Shown: positions 10,558 through 19,502 of the stretch, piece by piece | How positions within the stretch are numbered: position 1 is the first letter of the stretch | Layout of the letters: every line of letters starts with the position of its first letter | DNA from: Bacteroidales bacterium | GTDB taxonomy: Bacteria; Bacteroidota; Bacteroidia; Bacteroidales; Marinilabiliaceae | Reading direction: 5' to 3' | DNA length: 64,000 nucleotides | Assembly (NCBI GenBank): GCA_024401295.1 | Contig: JAKSLG010000009.1 | Coordinates: 17,989 to 81,988 of the forward strand | Notes under the pieces: model-generated | What the model was told of the DNA's origin: nothing | Seen by the model: the letters and a program-made list of their open reading frames with translations, nothing else | Databases searched by the model: none | Program-made: the position numbers and the translations under genes

Positions 10558-11811
10558 CTACTTATTGCCTTGCAGCCAACGCTTTTCATGTTCCATGAGC
10601 GGAGAACCACTTTCCGGAGTACGCCCAGGATAGCTCTTGAGGGCGCGTGCCAAAAGATCTATTGCAATTGCGAGGTCATCACAATTCAGCACATAAGCAA
10701 TACGGACCTCATTACGGCCAAGAAGACGATTTGAATAGAATCCGGCTGCCGGCGCAAGCATCAACGTCTGGTTGTTGTAGCTAAACTCCGACAGAAGCCA
10801 CTGACAGAATCTTTCCGAATCGTCAATTGGAAGTTTTGCGACTGTATAGAATGCACCTCGAGGCATTGGCGAATAAACTCCTGGTATTTTGTTAAGTCCG
10901 TCGAGCAGGAAGTTTCTTCTTCGACGATACTCTTCGTTCATTGCCTTGAAATATTCTTCAGGAACATCAAGCGATGCCATAGCTGCAATCTGACCGAATG
11001 TCGGAGGACACAGACGAGCCTGAGCCTGCTTCATTGCCGATGCAATGACAGCCTTGTTCTTCGTAGCCAAAAGGCCAATGCGCAATCCGCACTCTGAGTA
11101 TCTTTTTGAAACCGAATCAATCATTATCACATTATCATCGACACCCTTGAGATACATACACGAGAAGTGCTGCGCACCATCGTAGCAGAATTCGCGATAA
11201 ACCTCATCGACGATCAAGAAAAGGTCATACTTGATTATGAGATCGCGAAGCTGCATAAACTCCTGCTCCGAATAGAGATAACCGGTCGGATTATTCGGAT
11301 TGCATATCATTATCGCCTTTGTCTTTGGCGTAATCACCTTTTCAAATTCCTCAATCGATGGCAGTGTAAATCCTGTTTCAATCGTAGATGTGATTGGCTT
11401 TACACAAGCTCCAGCAGAAGCAGCAAATGCTTCATAATTAGCATAGAACGGTTCTGGAACAATTATTTCATCGAGCGGATCGAGGCAACTCATAAACGCA
11501 AAAAGCACGGCTTCAGAACCGCCACACGTCACGAGCATTTCATCTGGCTTGATATCAATGCCCGATGCTGCGTAATATTTCGACAATTTACGTCTATATT
11601 CAGGCATGCCAGCCGAATGCGTATATTCGACGATTGGGAAATTCGCATTCTTTACCGCCGCGAGCGCGACCTCTGGAGTCAAGATATCAGGTTGACCAAT
11701 GTTGAGGTGAAACACTCTGAGTCCGCGAGCCTTTGCTGCGTCCGAATATGGGACGAGCTTGCGGATTGGCGATGATGGCATAATAACGCCACGCTGCGAA
11801 ATAGACGGCAT
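10558..11811 (-). CDS. Class I/II PLP-dependent aminotransferase (aspartate/aromatic type)
   Basis: MPSSPIRKL, NIGQPD, NPNNPTG and SVSKRYSECGLRIG (PLP lysine) motifs. Confidence 0.85.
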   Translation of the reverse strand: MPSISQRGVIMPSSPIRKLVPYSDAAKARGLRVFHLNIGQPDILTPEVALAAVKNANFPIVEYTHSAGMPEYRRKLSKYYAASGIDIKPDEMLVTCGGSEAVLFAFMSCLDPLDEIIVPEPFYANYEAFAASAGACVKPITSTIETGFTLPSIEEFEKVITPKTKAIMICNPNNPTGYLYSEQEFMQLRDLIIKYDLFLIVDEVYREFCYDGAQHFSCMYLKGVDDNVIMIDSVSKRYSECGLRIGLLATKNKAVIASAMKQAQARLCPPTFGQIAAMASLDVPEEYFKAMNEEYRRRRNFLLDGLNKIPGVYSPMPRGAFYTVAKLPIDDSERFCQWLLSEFSYNNQTLMLAPAAGFYSNRLLGRNEVRIAYVLNCDDLAIAIDLLARALKSYPGRTPESGSPLMEHEKRWLQGNK

Positions 11812-11840
11812 AATAACTGCTTTTATTGTTTGAATTTGTG

Positions 11841-11848
11841 CAAAATTA
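11841..11848 (-). promoter_or_regulatory. -7 promoter motif (TAatTTTG) upstream of aminotransferase
   Basis: The + strand reads CAAAATTA, giving TAATTTTG on the minus strand, 30 nt upstream of the ATG at 11811. Confidence 0.4.
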
Positions 11849-11921
11849 CGAATTTATTTGTCGCAATAGCCACTTTTGACCACGACTTTCTCTCTTATTG
11901 CACACATAAATTGCATTTATG

Positions 11922-12692
11922 CTAAAGAAAGCTCATTAATTTGTTCTTCAATTTTGCATAAACGAACTGAGGCATCTTAGAAACGACCTTATACGTCAGA
12001 GAAAAAAACGGATTCAAGCCGGCCTCACGGAACAGCTGCAGATCCTCACGCCATTTGCGCAACGTAAGACGCAAACTTGTTGAAATTCCGCCCATTCGCA
12101 TACGGACGATATATTCATTTATGTACGAGACCTTTGTGTCGTTGAGATACAGACATCTCACCTGCCAATCAGAATCCGATGCAATCTTATACTTTTCATT
12201 GTAATATCCGACACGATCGAAAATGTGTCGCTTCACAAACACCGTCGTATGAAGAGGCAACCAGCCATGTTTTAGCTTTTCCTTGTCAAATTCGCCACTA
12301 ACCCAGTCACGAACAACCTGATCCATGCCAAAAGTCACATACAAACCATTGCCATAAACATATTCTATGTCTCGATTCTCGAACTCTTTTACGATTCGTG
12401 AAATGGTGTCCTGAGAATAAAAGACATCGTCCGAATGAAGGAAACCGACGATATCGCCAGTCGCCAGACGCAGACCTTTGTTGATGGCCTCGTACATTCC
12501 GTTGTCGGCCTCACACACTATGTGATGTATACGGTCTTTGTACTCATTGATAATTTTCAATGAGCCATCCTGACTTTTTCCATCAACAACGATATACTCT
12601 ATATCCGGATAGGTCTGCGACAGCACGCTTTCGATGCTGCCACGTATTGTCGCTTCCCGGTTGAGGCACGTTGTAATTATCGAGACCTTCAT
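11922..12692 (-). CDS. Family 2 glycosyltransferase (orphan)
   Basis: VSIITTCLNREATI, VVDGKSQDGS and HSDD (DxD-like) blocks. Size is 256 aa. Confidence 0.8.
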   Translation of the reverse strand: MKVSIITTCLNREATIRGSIESVLSQTYPDIEYIVVDGKSQDGSLKIINEYKDRIHHIVCEADNGMYEAINKGLRLATGDIVGFLHSDDVFYSQDTISRIVKEFENRDIEYVYGNGLYVTFGMDQVVRDWVSGEFDKEKLKHGWLPLHTTVFVKRHIFDRVGYYNEKYKIASDSDWQVRCLYLNDTKVSYINEYIVRMRMGGISTSLRLTLRKWREDLQLFREAGLNPFFSLTYKVVSKMPQFVYAKLKNKLMSFL

Positions 12693-12706
12693 TCTCTTTA
12701 TCTATT

Positions 12707-12721
12707 ATGCAGATTCTGCAT
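12707..12721. promoter_or_regulatory. Perfect 7-1-7 inverted repeat ATGCAGA-T-TCTGCAT just upstream of GT2 start
   Basis: Read directly from the sequence. It lies 15 nt upstream of the GT2 ATG (12692) and downstream of a minus-strand TATTTTTG motif at 12799-12806. Confidence 0.35.
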
Positions 12722-12996
12722 TGCGTTTTTCAATTACGACTTGGCGGACCAAGCTATTCTATATGTACGCAGAAAGCATTTTTTTGTTTTTTAATAAGCA
12801 AAAATAGCTATTATTTATTCTAAACGCGGAGAAAACGCAATAAAAAACACAAATAAGCGCCGTCGTAACTTTGTTTACGAATACTTAACATTCTTTTGAA
12901 CGCTATGTTTGATTATTGAACTACTTTTGCATCGTAGATTTTTTTCATAGATTGGAATTTTGGTTAAGCGGAGGCAATAACGATTGCCATCGCAAG

Positions 12997-13026
12997 AAAA
13001 GAGGCTGAGACAACTCAGTCTCTTTT
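12997..13026. terminator. Bidirectional rho-independent terminator (downstream of tdk)
   Basis: AAAAGAGGCTGAG-ACAA-CTCAGTCTCTTTT forms a 9-bp GC-containing stem with one G-U pair, extended by A/T runs on both sides. It begins 6 nt past the tdk stop. Confidence 0.7.
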
Positions 13027-13031
13027 CCTTT

Positions 13032-13610
13032 TTATATGTGTCCATCTTCCTTTAAGGCTGCATTATAGCAACATCTGCAAAGAGGCTCATAGTGATCAGT
13101 CTCGCCAAGCACGACAAGATCACTACCACCAGACAATCGGTGGCTGAACTGAGCAAGATTTCCGCAACGCACACATATTGCATGCATCTTCTGGACGTCC
13201 TCAGCTATTGCCATCAATGAAGGCATGGATCCAAATGGATTGCCCAAATAGTCCATGTCAAGGCCTGCAACAATGACGCGACAGCCCATATTTGCAAGAT
13301 TCCGGCAGACAGAAGGCAATTCCGAATCGAAAAACTGAGCTTCATCGATAGCTATGACATCAGAATCGGCCATAAGCGAAGGTATTTCCGACGATTGTCT
13401 GACAGTTATTGCATCAATTGAATTTGAATCGTGGGAAACGACAGAAGAACTGCTATATCGGGTATCGATCTGAGGTTTGAAAAGCGCCACTTTCTGTTTG
13501 GCAAACGAAGCCCTGCGTATGCGACGAAGGAGCTCCTCCGTCTTGCCAGAGAACATAGAACCACATATCACTTCGATTGTTCCCTTACGCAGTTGACTTT
13601 CTATGTACAT
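13032..13610 (-). CDS. tdk: Thymidine kinase
   Basis: GSMFSGKTEELLRR P-loop, DEAQFF, and a C-terminal Zn ribbon (CVRCG...CRCCY). Start is placed at MYIESQ..., because the 23-aa upstream extension overlaps the divergent gene's start. Confidence 0.9.
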   Translation of the reverse strand: MYIESQLRKGTIEVICGSMFSGKTEELLRRIRRASFAKQKVALFKPQIDTRYSSSSVVSHDSNSIDAITVRQSSEIPSLMADSDVIAIDEAQFFDSELPSVCRNLANMGCRVIVAGLDMDYLGNPFGSMPSLMAIAEDVQKMHAICVRCGNLAQFSHRLSGGSDLVVLGETDHYEPLCRCCYNAALKEDGHI

Positions 13611-13678
13611 ATAGTAAGTAATATTTTGTTTTTTCAATGCAAAGGTAATATCTTTGTCGCATTGAAGAAAAAGCAACA

Positions 13679-14392
13679 ATGAAAAAAGAAGCTATCATCG
13701 ACATCATCAGCAACGACTTGAAAGAGATGCTGACACTGCTTGACAATTTTAAAGACGACGACGGCATTGCCGCCGAGTTCATAGAACTACTTGATACAAA
13801 GCATCAAAACATTGGCCGCGAAATTGCATTGCTCGATTTTTGGAAGAAAGAATCTGTGCATACAGCTCCAGCCGAGCAACCAATCAAGCCGGTTATTGTT
13901 CCCGAAGATGTGGTTGTCGAGCAGCCAAAAGTTGAAGAAGCACCTGTAATCATTGAGCAAGTGCCACAGCCTGAGCCCGAACCAGTAGAGTCTATAGTTG
14001 AACCGAAAATAGAGCTCGAAGAGAATAAAGCTGAGATTGAAGAGGCTCCCGTTGCAAAGGACGAACTGAAAACAGAGCCACAGCCTGAGCCTAAAACCGT
14101 TGTCAGCCCAATGCAAAAAGAGGTCAAGACGGCAGCAAAAGCCAGCGATGTCAAGAATTACGGAACACCGGTTGACAACATAAAGAAGGCCATTGGCATC
14201 GCAGACCGCTTCCTATACAAGAAGGAACTTTTTGGCGGAGACGAAGCTAAAATGAACAATGCTATAGATGCGGCCAACGAAATGCAAACATACGATGACG
14301 CAGAAAGATTCTTCATTTCCACATTCGGATGGGATGCTGAAGACAAGACCGTTGCTGCATTTTTGAAAGCCGTTCACAGAAAGTTTATATAA
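13679..14392 (+). CDS. Hypothetical protein with central Pro/Glu-rich low-complexity linker
   Basis: The ORF has a helical N-terminus. Its middle is an acidic P/E/V-rich tract (EQPKVEEAPVIIEQVPQPEPEPVESIVEPKIELEE...), followed by a more ordinary C-terminal domain. No recognisable catalytic motif. Confidence 0.5.
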   Translation: MKKEAIIDIISNDLKEMLTLLDNFKDDDGIAAEFIELLDTKHQNIGREIALLDFWKKESVHTAPAEQPIKPVIVPEDVVVEQPKVEEAPVIIEQVPQPEPEPVESIVEPKIELEENKAEIEEAPVAKDELKTEPQPEPKTVVSPMQKEVKTAAKASDVKNYGTPVDNIKKAIGIADRFLYKKELFGGDEAKMNNAIDAANEMQTYDDAERFFISTFGWDAEDKTVAAFLKAVHRKFI

Positions 14393-14396
14393 ACAC

Positions 14397-15122
14397 ATGG
14401 CAAAACTAACAATAGTGCCGACACCAGTCGGGAATCTTGAAGACATCACGGCTCGTGCGTTGCGAGTTTTGCGCGAAGCGTCGGTTGTGCTTGCGGAGGA
14501 CACACGCACGACAGGCAATCTCTTCAAGCATTTTGGCATTGAGACACGACTTGCGAGCTATCACAAATTCAACGAACATCAAGTCGTAAGCAGTCTTGTC
14601 AACAGGATTGCCGCCGGAGAAAAAGTCGCGCTCGTGAGTGATGCCGGAACGCCTGCGATCAGCGATCCAGGATATCTCATTGTCAGACAATGTATCGACA
14701 ACGGCATCGAAGTCGAATGTCTGCCTGGCGCAACAGCTTTTGTCCCTGCACTTGTAAATAGCGGTCTTCCATGTGATCGATTTGCTTTCGAAGGATTCCT
14801 TCCGCATAAAAAAGGACGAAAAACCGCAATAGAGCAACTCGCAACAGAGACGAGAACAATGATTTTCTACGAATCGCCGTTCAGAGTTCTGAAAACACTC
14901 CAGCAACTTGCGGAAGCGTTTGGCAAAGACAGAAGAGCCAGCACATCGCGCGAAATCAGCAAAGTGTATGAAGAGACGACACGTGGAACGCTCGAAGAAC
15001 TGATTGAACACTTCACCGAAACAGAACCAAAGGGCGAATTCGTAATTGTGGTGGAAGGACTTTCGAGAAAACTGTCGAAAAACAAATACTCTGACACGAG
15101 CAACGAAGACGAAGATGAATAA
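14397..15122 (+). CDS. rsmI: 16S rRNA (cytidine1402-2'-O)-methyltransferase
   Basis: LTIVPTPVGNLEDIT..RAL..L, AEDTR, SDAGTPAISDPG and FYESPFR motifs. Confidence 0.9.
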   Translation: MAKLTIVPTPVGNLEDITARALRVLREASVVLAEDTRTTGNLFKHFGIETRLASYHKFNEHQVVSSLVNRIAAGEKVALVSDAGTPAISDPGYLIVRQCIDNGIEVECLPGATAFVPALVNSGLPCDRFAFEGFLPHKKGRKTAIEQLATETRTMIFYESPFRVLKTLQQLAEAFGKDRRASTSREISKVYEETTRGTLEELIEHFTETEPKGEFVIVVEGLSRKLSKNKYSDTSNEDEDE

Positions 15123-15148
15123 AAAACAACAATAAACCAATTATTAAA

Positions 15149-16012
15149 ATGAAGAGAACACTTTCAATTATGGCAATCGCAGTTGCAGCCATGTTCTGCA
15201 GCTGCAACAACATGCAGCAGCAGGTTGATAACATGAAGCACACTATCGACTCGCTCCAGCAGGTTAACGACCTGAAAGACAGCAGCATGGGTCTGCTTGC
15301 CGAAACAATGGCCGACATACAGAGCAACATCAACGTGATTAAAGAGCACGAAGGCATCATCAACGTTGCATTGCAGCAGGAAGGCTCAAGCCAGAGCCAG
15401 ATTCAGAGCGATCTTGATGCCATCAAGAACGCAATGGAAGCCAACAAGAAAAAGGTCGCAAACCTTCAGGCACAGTTGAGCAAATCGACAAAGAACAACA
15501 AAGAACTCGAAGGCATCATCAGCGTACTCAACACACAGATTGAGCAGCAGAACGCCGAGATTCAGAAACTGAACGACATGCTTGAAGAGAAGGACATCGA
15601 AATCGGTTTCCTCAACAACTCTGTCATTCGCCTTGTAAGCACAGTTGATTCAATTGCCGACAAGAAAGCCGACGTTGACCAGAAGCTCGCCGATGCAACA
15701 GACAACCTCGAGACTGTATATTACATTCTCGCAGACAAGAAAAAGCTCACAGAGCTTGGCATCATCACTTCTGCCGGTCTTTTTGCTGGAAAGAAGACAA
15801 CAGGTGACTTCGATAACAAGTATTTCACGGCAGCAAACATCAAAGAGCTCAAGTCATTGCAGCTCAACACAAAGCGTGCAAAACTTGTAGGCGAACGTCC
15901 AGAAAGCTCTTACACACTTGACGAAGATGAAGAAGGTTTCATCACACTCAACATTAAGAATTCTGATGATTTCTGGAAATCATCGAAGTACCTCGTCGTT
16001 ATCGTAAGATAA
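15149..16012 (+). CDS. Coiled-coil lipoprotein, unknown function
   Basis: Lipobox-like signal (AVAAMFCSCNN). A long Q/N/E/K-rich heptad-like middle, then a C-terminal globular part. Confidence 0.5.
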   Translation: MKRTLSIMAIAVAAMFCSCNNMQQQVDNMKHTIDSLQQVNDLKDSSMGLLAETMADIQSNINVIKEHEGIINVALQQEGSSQSQIQSDLDAIKNAMEANKKKVANLQAQLSKSTKNNKELEGIISVLNTQIEQQNAEIQKLNDMLEEKDIEIGFLNNSVIRLVSTVDSIADKKADVDQKLADATDNLETVYYILADKKKLTELGIITSAGLFAGKKTTGDFDNKYFTAANIKELKSLQLNTKRAKLVGERPESSYTLDEDEEGFITLNIKNSDDFWKSSKYLVVIVR

Positions 16013-16035
16013 AAAAAAACGAACAACGAACATAT

Positions 16036-16074
16036 CACGCCGGTTTTCCACTACAGGAAGGCCGGCGTGTTTTA
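16036..16074 (+). terminator. Rho-independent terminator
   Basis: CACGCCGG...CCGGCGTG forms an 8-bp GC stem followed by TTTTA, 24 nt after the stop at 16012. Confidence 0.65.
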
Positions 16075-16197
16075 CATATATGGCTATTTTTAAGTTTAAT
16101 TAAACCCTAATGCGAATTTCAGTCATATACAATCATTAACTTTGCAACACGATGACATAAATAAATGTCACGCAATTTTAACAACGTAACAACACTT

Positions 16198-17292
16198 ATG
16201 AAAAAGAACTTCTTTGCTGCAGTCGCAATGATTGCACTTTGTGCAGTAACTGCAAACGGACAGCTCAAGATCAAGACTGAAGCTGGCGATTTGAGCCTGA
16301 CATTCAAAGGCAGAACGCACGTTGACTTTGCCACATATTTCGGTGGCGACAAAGGCAAGAACGCAGACGACAAATACATTGTCGGCCTAAAAGTGCAAGA
16401 CACACGATTTGGCTTCATTGCGAACTTCGATGAGAAATGGACTGCTAAGGCAGAAATCAAATTCGACGCTAACGCCATCACATACACAGACGTTTACATC
16501 GACTACAAATTCAATGAAAAGAGCGATTTGCAGATGGGTAACTTCTGGATGCCTTTCGGCTATAAGATCCAGGGCCCACAATATCGTTTCGTACAGGACG
16601 CATCTGTTGACGAGGGAATGCACGGAGCTCGTAAAGCCGGTATCGCATACAACTACAATTCCGACCCTCTGAAATTTACAGCCGGCATTTTCTCTGACGG
16701 CACATACAGTTCACTCAATGCTGGATTCAATCTCGCAGCAAAGGTAATTGCCCGACCAATCCTCGACGAGCACACAGTTCTCCACCTCGGCGTAGCACCA
16801 TTGTTTACTCACTCAACTGGATCAAACACATTCAAGGGCAATGCTCCAACAACGATTGGAACGAATACAATCATCTCATCTGACGCTCTCGACGGCAACA
16901 TGCTTCGCTATGAAGTTGAAGCCATCTTCATTACAGGAAGACTTTACACAGAAGCACGATTCCTTGGTGCTCAGGTCAACACTCCTGGTGAGGACAACTA
17001 CAGCGTCGATGGCGTATGGGCACAGGCAGGCTTCCTCTTGAAGGGCGACCAGCAGAAATACAACAAGGCAACAGGCAATGCCGCTCATCCTGGTCCAAAG
17101 AGCCTTGAACTCCTTGCTCGTTTCGACCATCTCAACCTCAACGGCGACCAGAAGCTCAACGATATCACAATTGGTCTGAACTACGTCTTCAACAAGTATC
17201 TCATAAGCAAGCTCAACTGGGCTTACGGCAAGCAAAAAGATGCAGAAGAGGGATATAACTTCATCCACTGCCGTCTTCAGTTCGTGTTCTAA
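16198..17292 (+). CDS. Porin (phosphate-selective porin O/P-like beta-barrel)
   Basis: Signal peptide MKKNFFAAVAMIALCAVTANG. Alternating-strand composition and a terminal ...RLQFVF. Start is placed at the second Met of the ORF. Confidence 0.55.
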   Translation: MKKNFFAAVAMIALCAVTANGQLKIKTEAGDLSLTFKGRTHVDFATYFGGDKGKNADDKYIVGLKVQDTRFGFIANFDEKWTAKAEIKFDANAITYTDVYIDYKFNEKSDLQMGNFWMPFGYKIQGPQYRFVQDASVDEGMHGARKAGIAYNYNSDPLKFTAGIFSDGTYSSLNAGFNLAAKVIARPILDEHTVLHLGVAPLFTHSTGSNTFKGNAPTTIGTNTIISSDALDGNMLRYEVEAIFITGRLYTEARFLGAQVNTPGEDNYSVDGVWAQAGFLLKGDQQKYNKATGNAAHPGPKSLELLARFDHLNLNGDQKLNDITIGLNYVFNKYLISKLNWAYGKQKDAEEGYNFIHCRLQFVF

Positions 17293-17310
17293 ACCAAACC
17301 AACAAAAGAC

Positions 17311-17342
17311 AAAAAAAGCCGCTCAGCAGAGCGGCTTTTTTA
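17311..17342. terminator. Bidirectional rho-independent terminator between convergent porin and hemD-like genes
   Basis: AAAAAAAGCCGCTC-AGCA-GAGCGGCTTTTTT forms a perfect 8-bp stem flanked by an A-run and a T-run. Confidence 0.8.
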
Positions 17343-17365
17343 TTTTATGTTCTAAGGCGAATATC

Positions 17366-18115
17366 TTATTTAGAATGATCGCTGATAAATTTATCGATTG
17401 CCATTGTCATCGAAGGACACTCCTTTGAAGGAGCCTGAATATCGAGGCGGAGTCCTGCTTCCTCTGCGGCTTTTGCCGTTGTTGGTCCGAAACATCCGAT
17501 GACGGTTTCGCCTTGCTGGAATTCCGGAAAATTATGCTTGAGCGAAATAATGCCCTGAGGACTGAAGAATACCAATGCCTGGAAGTCCTTTATGTTCACG
17601 TCTGACAAATCGCTACTTACAGTATTGTAGAGGACGGCCTTTGTGTATTTTATCTTTGCAGCCTCGAGAAGGTCTGGCACATCATTCTTGCTAATGTCGC
17701 TAACAGGCAACAGATAGTTTTCGTCCTTGTGTTTTTTTGCGACATCGATCATGTCCGTAACCTTGCTTCCTGTTGTCGGGAAGAAAATCTTTCTCTTGCG
17801 GAAAACGATGTACTTTTGAAGGTAAACAGCAACAGATTCAGAGATACATACATATTTCATAGTATCAGGAATCGTCACGCGCATATCTTCAGCAAGACGG
17901 AAATAGTGGTCAATAGCGACTTTGCTTGTAAAGATTACGCCTGTGAAATTGAGAAATTCAATTTTCTGTTTTCTGAAATCTTTTGCTTCTACGCCTTCAA
18001 CGTGAATGAATGGCCGAAAAACTATATCGACACCATATTTTTTTGCGATGTCGAAATATGGCGACTTGGGATCGGTTGGCTCTGGCTGCGAAACCAGGAT
18101 TTTCCTAATATTCAA
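17366..18115 (-). CDS. hemD: Uroporphyrinogen-III synthase-like (HemD family) protein
   Basis: Size is 249 aa with a two-lobed alpha/beta pattern. ILVSQPEP..., FTSKVAIDHYF and FFSPQGI blocks resemble Bacteroidota HemD-like proteins. Confidence 0.6.
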   Translation of the reverse strand: MNIRKILVSQPEPTDPKSPYFDIAKKYGVDIVFRPFIHVEGVEAKDFRKQKIEFLNFTGVIFTSKVAIDHYFRLAEDMRVTIPDTMKYVCISESVAVYLQKYIVFRKRKIFFPTTGSKVTDMIDVAKKHKDENYLLPVSDISKNDVPDLLEAAKIKYTKAVLYNTVSSDLSDVNIKDFQALVFFSPQGIISLKHNFPEFQQGETVIGCFGPTTAKAAEEAGLRLDIQAPSKECPSMTMAIDKFISDHSK

Positions 18116-18162
18116 AGCGTCAATATTTTAGTTAATTTCTTCTTAAATTCTGCCGTAACTCT

Positions 18163-18918
18163 TCATGCAATTTCTACGATAAGAATCTTGTAGACGCAAA
18201 TCATAGGTATTGCTTCGACGGTGCAAAGGTACAAAATTGAGTAAAAAAGTGAAAGATAATCCCTCAAAATAATTCTCATGACTCGCAAAATCCTCCATAA
18301 ATACATTAGCACTGCTGCACCTGCAACGACTGTCAAAACGATGCCATACATGCCCTCATTGACATACGGAAACATGACTGCCAACGGAAGAATACAGACA
18401 CCGAAAATACTAACAGACAACACCTTACACAAGAATATCGAGTATGAGACATTAAAGATTTCAAAGACATATCCTATCAAGAAATGCAAGAGAAGCTTCA
18501 ATACCATAAACAACATCACCGAGGCGACAATAGCAGAAAAAAGGAGAATTCCGGTCACCGGCATATCGACATCGACATGCATTATGACCATAACCTCGTA
18601 GAGAAACAGAGACGTTGCGAGTACGAAGCACACATTCAGCCAAAAAACCTGTTGTCTGTTCTGCATTGCGACCGATTCGGTAACGGTACGCCAATGAATG
18701 TCACTAAACATCGTTGAAAAGAGCTGTCCGAGGAACGACACCGAACGGAATCGGACAAGACCAATTATCATGAAACACAACAAGCCGATGCCCATAATCC
18801 ACGTGCTGTCCGGGCGCAATACAGAATGGCCCAAGGACTCATAGACGATATGAGCCGAGCCTGTATCTTGTTGCGGAATAAATATATTTGCCAAAACATT
18901 CATTGTATTATCTTTCAA
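18163..18918 (-). CDS. Multi-pass membrane protein (DUF4271-like)
   Basis: At least six hydrophobic helices by eye. The HemD-like neighbour is the usual partner of DUF4271 in Bacteroidota. Confidence 0.5.
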   Translation of the reverse strand: MKDNTMNVLANIFIPQQDTGSAHIVYESLGHSVLRPDSTWIMGIGLLCFMIIGLVRFRSVSFLGQLFSTMFSDIHWRTVTESVAMQNRQQVFWLNVCFVLATSLFLYEVMVIMHVDVDMPVTGILLFSAIVASVMLFMVLKLLLHFLIGYVFEIFNVSYSIFLCKVLSVSIFGVCILPLAVMFPYVNEGMYGIVLTVVAGAAVLMYLWRILRVMRIILRDYLSLFYSILYLCTVEAIPMICVYKILIVEIA

Positions 18919-19502
18919 TGCACTGCTGCGTCTTTCAAGTCTGACATGACATTCTTTGCTACTTGCAGGAATTCAATGACTTCGCCTGGCGTAGAAGCAA
19001 AGTAGATCGTCTGCAAATGTTTATCTGTCATGAATCCTTCATCAACCATTCGGCGAAGCTGGAGTTGCATGTTATCATAAAAATGATTCGTGTTGAGGAC
19101 AACAATCGGAACACCGATGAGACCCAGTTTTTTCTGTGAAGCAGAGTCGAACAATTCATCGAGCGTACCAGTGCTTCCTGGCAGGACGATAATGACGTCT
19201 GCGAGCTCAATGAGCATCTTTTTGCGTTCGGCCATTGTCTCCGTCAAACGCATATCGGCCACACCCTTGTGTTGCCATTCGACCTCGACCATAAAGCGAG
19301 GAATGACACCGATGACTGTTCCGCCTATGCTCAGAGCCTTATCTGCAACACAGCCCATCAGACCGACACTTCCTCCGCCATATACAATATCGTAGCCTTG
19401 TCGGACAAGAAGTTTGGCAAGTTCGGCAGCATCATCGAAATAGCACTGCGGAATGCGTGGACTCGACGCACAAAAAACGGTTGCTCTCTTATTGTTTGTC
19501 AT
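18915..19502 (-). CDS. LOG family / TIGR00730 Rossmann-fold nucleotide phosphoribohydrolase
   Basis: VYGGGSVGLMG and PGSTGTLDELF (PGGxGTxxE-type) motifs. Confidence 0.85.
   Translation of the reverse strand: MTNNKRATVFCASSPRIPQCYFDDAAELAKLLVRQGYDIVYGGGSVGLMGCVADKALSIGGTVIGVIPRFMVEVEWQHKGVADMRLTETMAERKKMLIELADVIIVLPGSTGTLDELFDSASQKKLGLIGVPIVVLNTNHFYDNMQLQLRRMVDEGFMTDKHLQTIYFASTPGEVIEFLQVAKNVMSDLKDAAVH

Noticed and set aside
13611-13679. N-terminal extensions in the longest-ORF calls for tdk (13611-13679), the fimbrillin-like gene (27645-27779), the DUF6048-like gene (20276-20362), the GT2 (35285-35317) and the porin (16165-16197).
   Set aside because: The extensions lack similarity to the mature families. 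They precede obvious signal peptides or conserved N-termini, and they overlap neighbouring genes or promoters. I used internal ATG starts instead.
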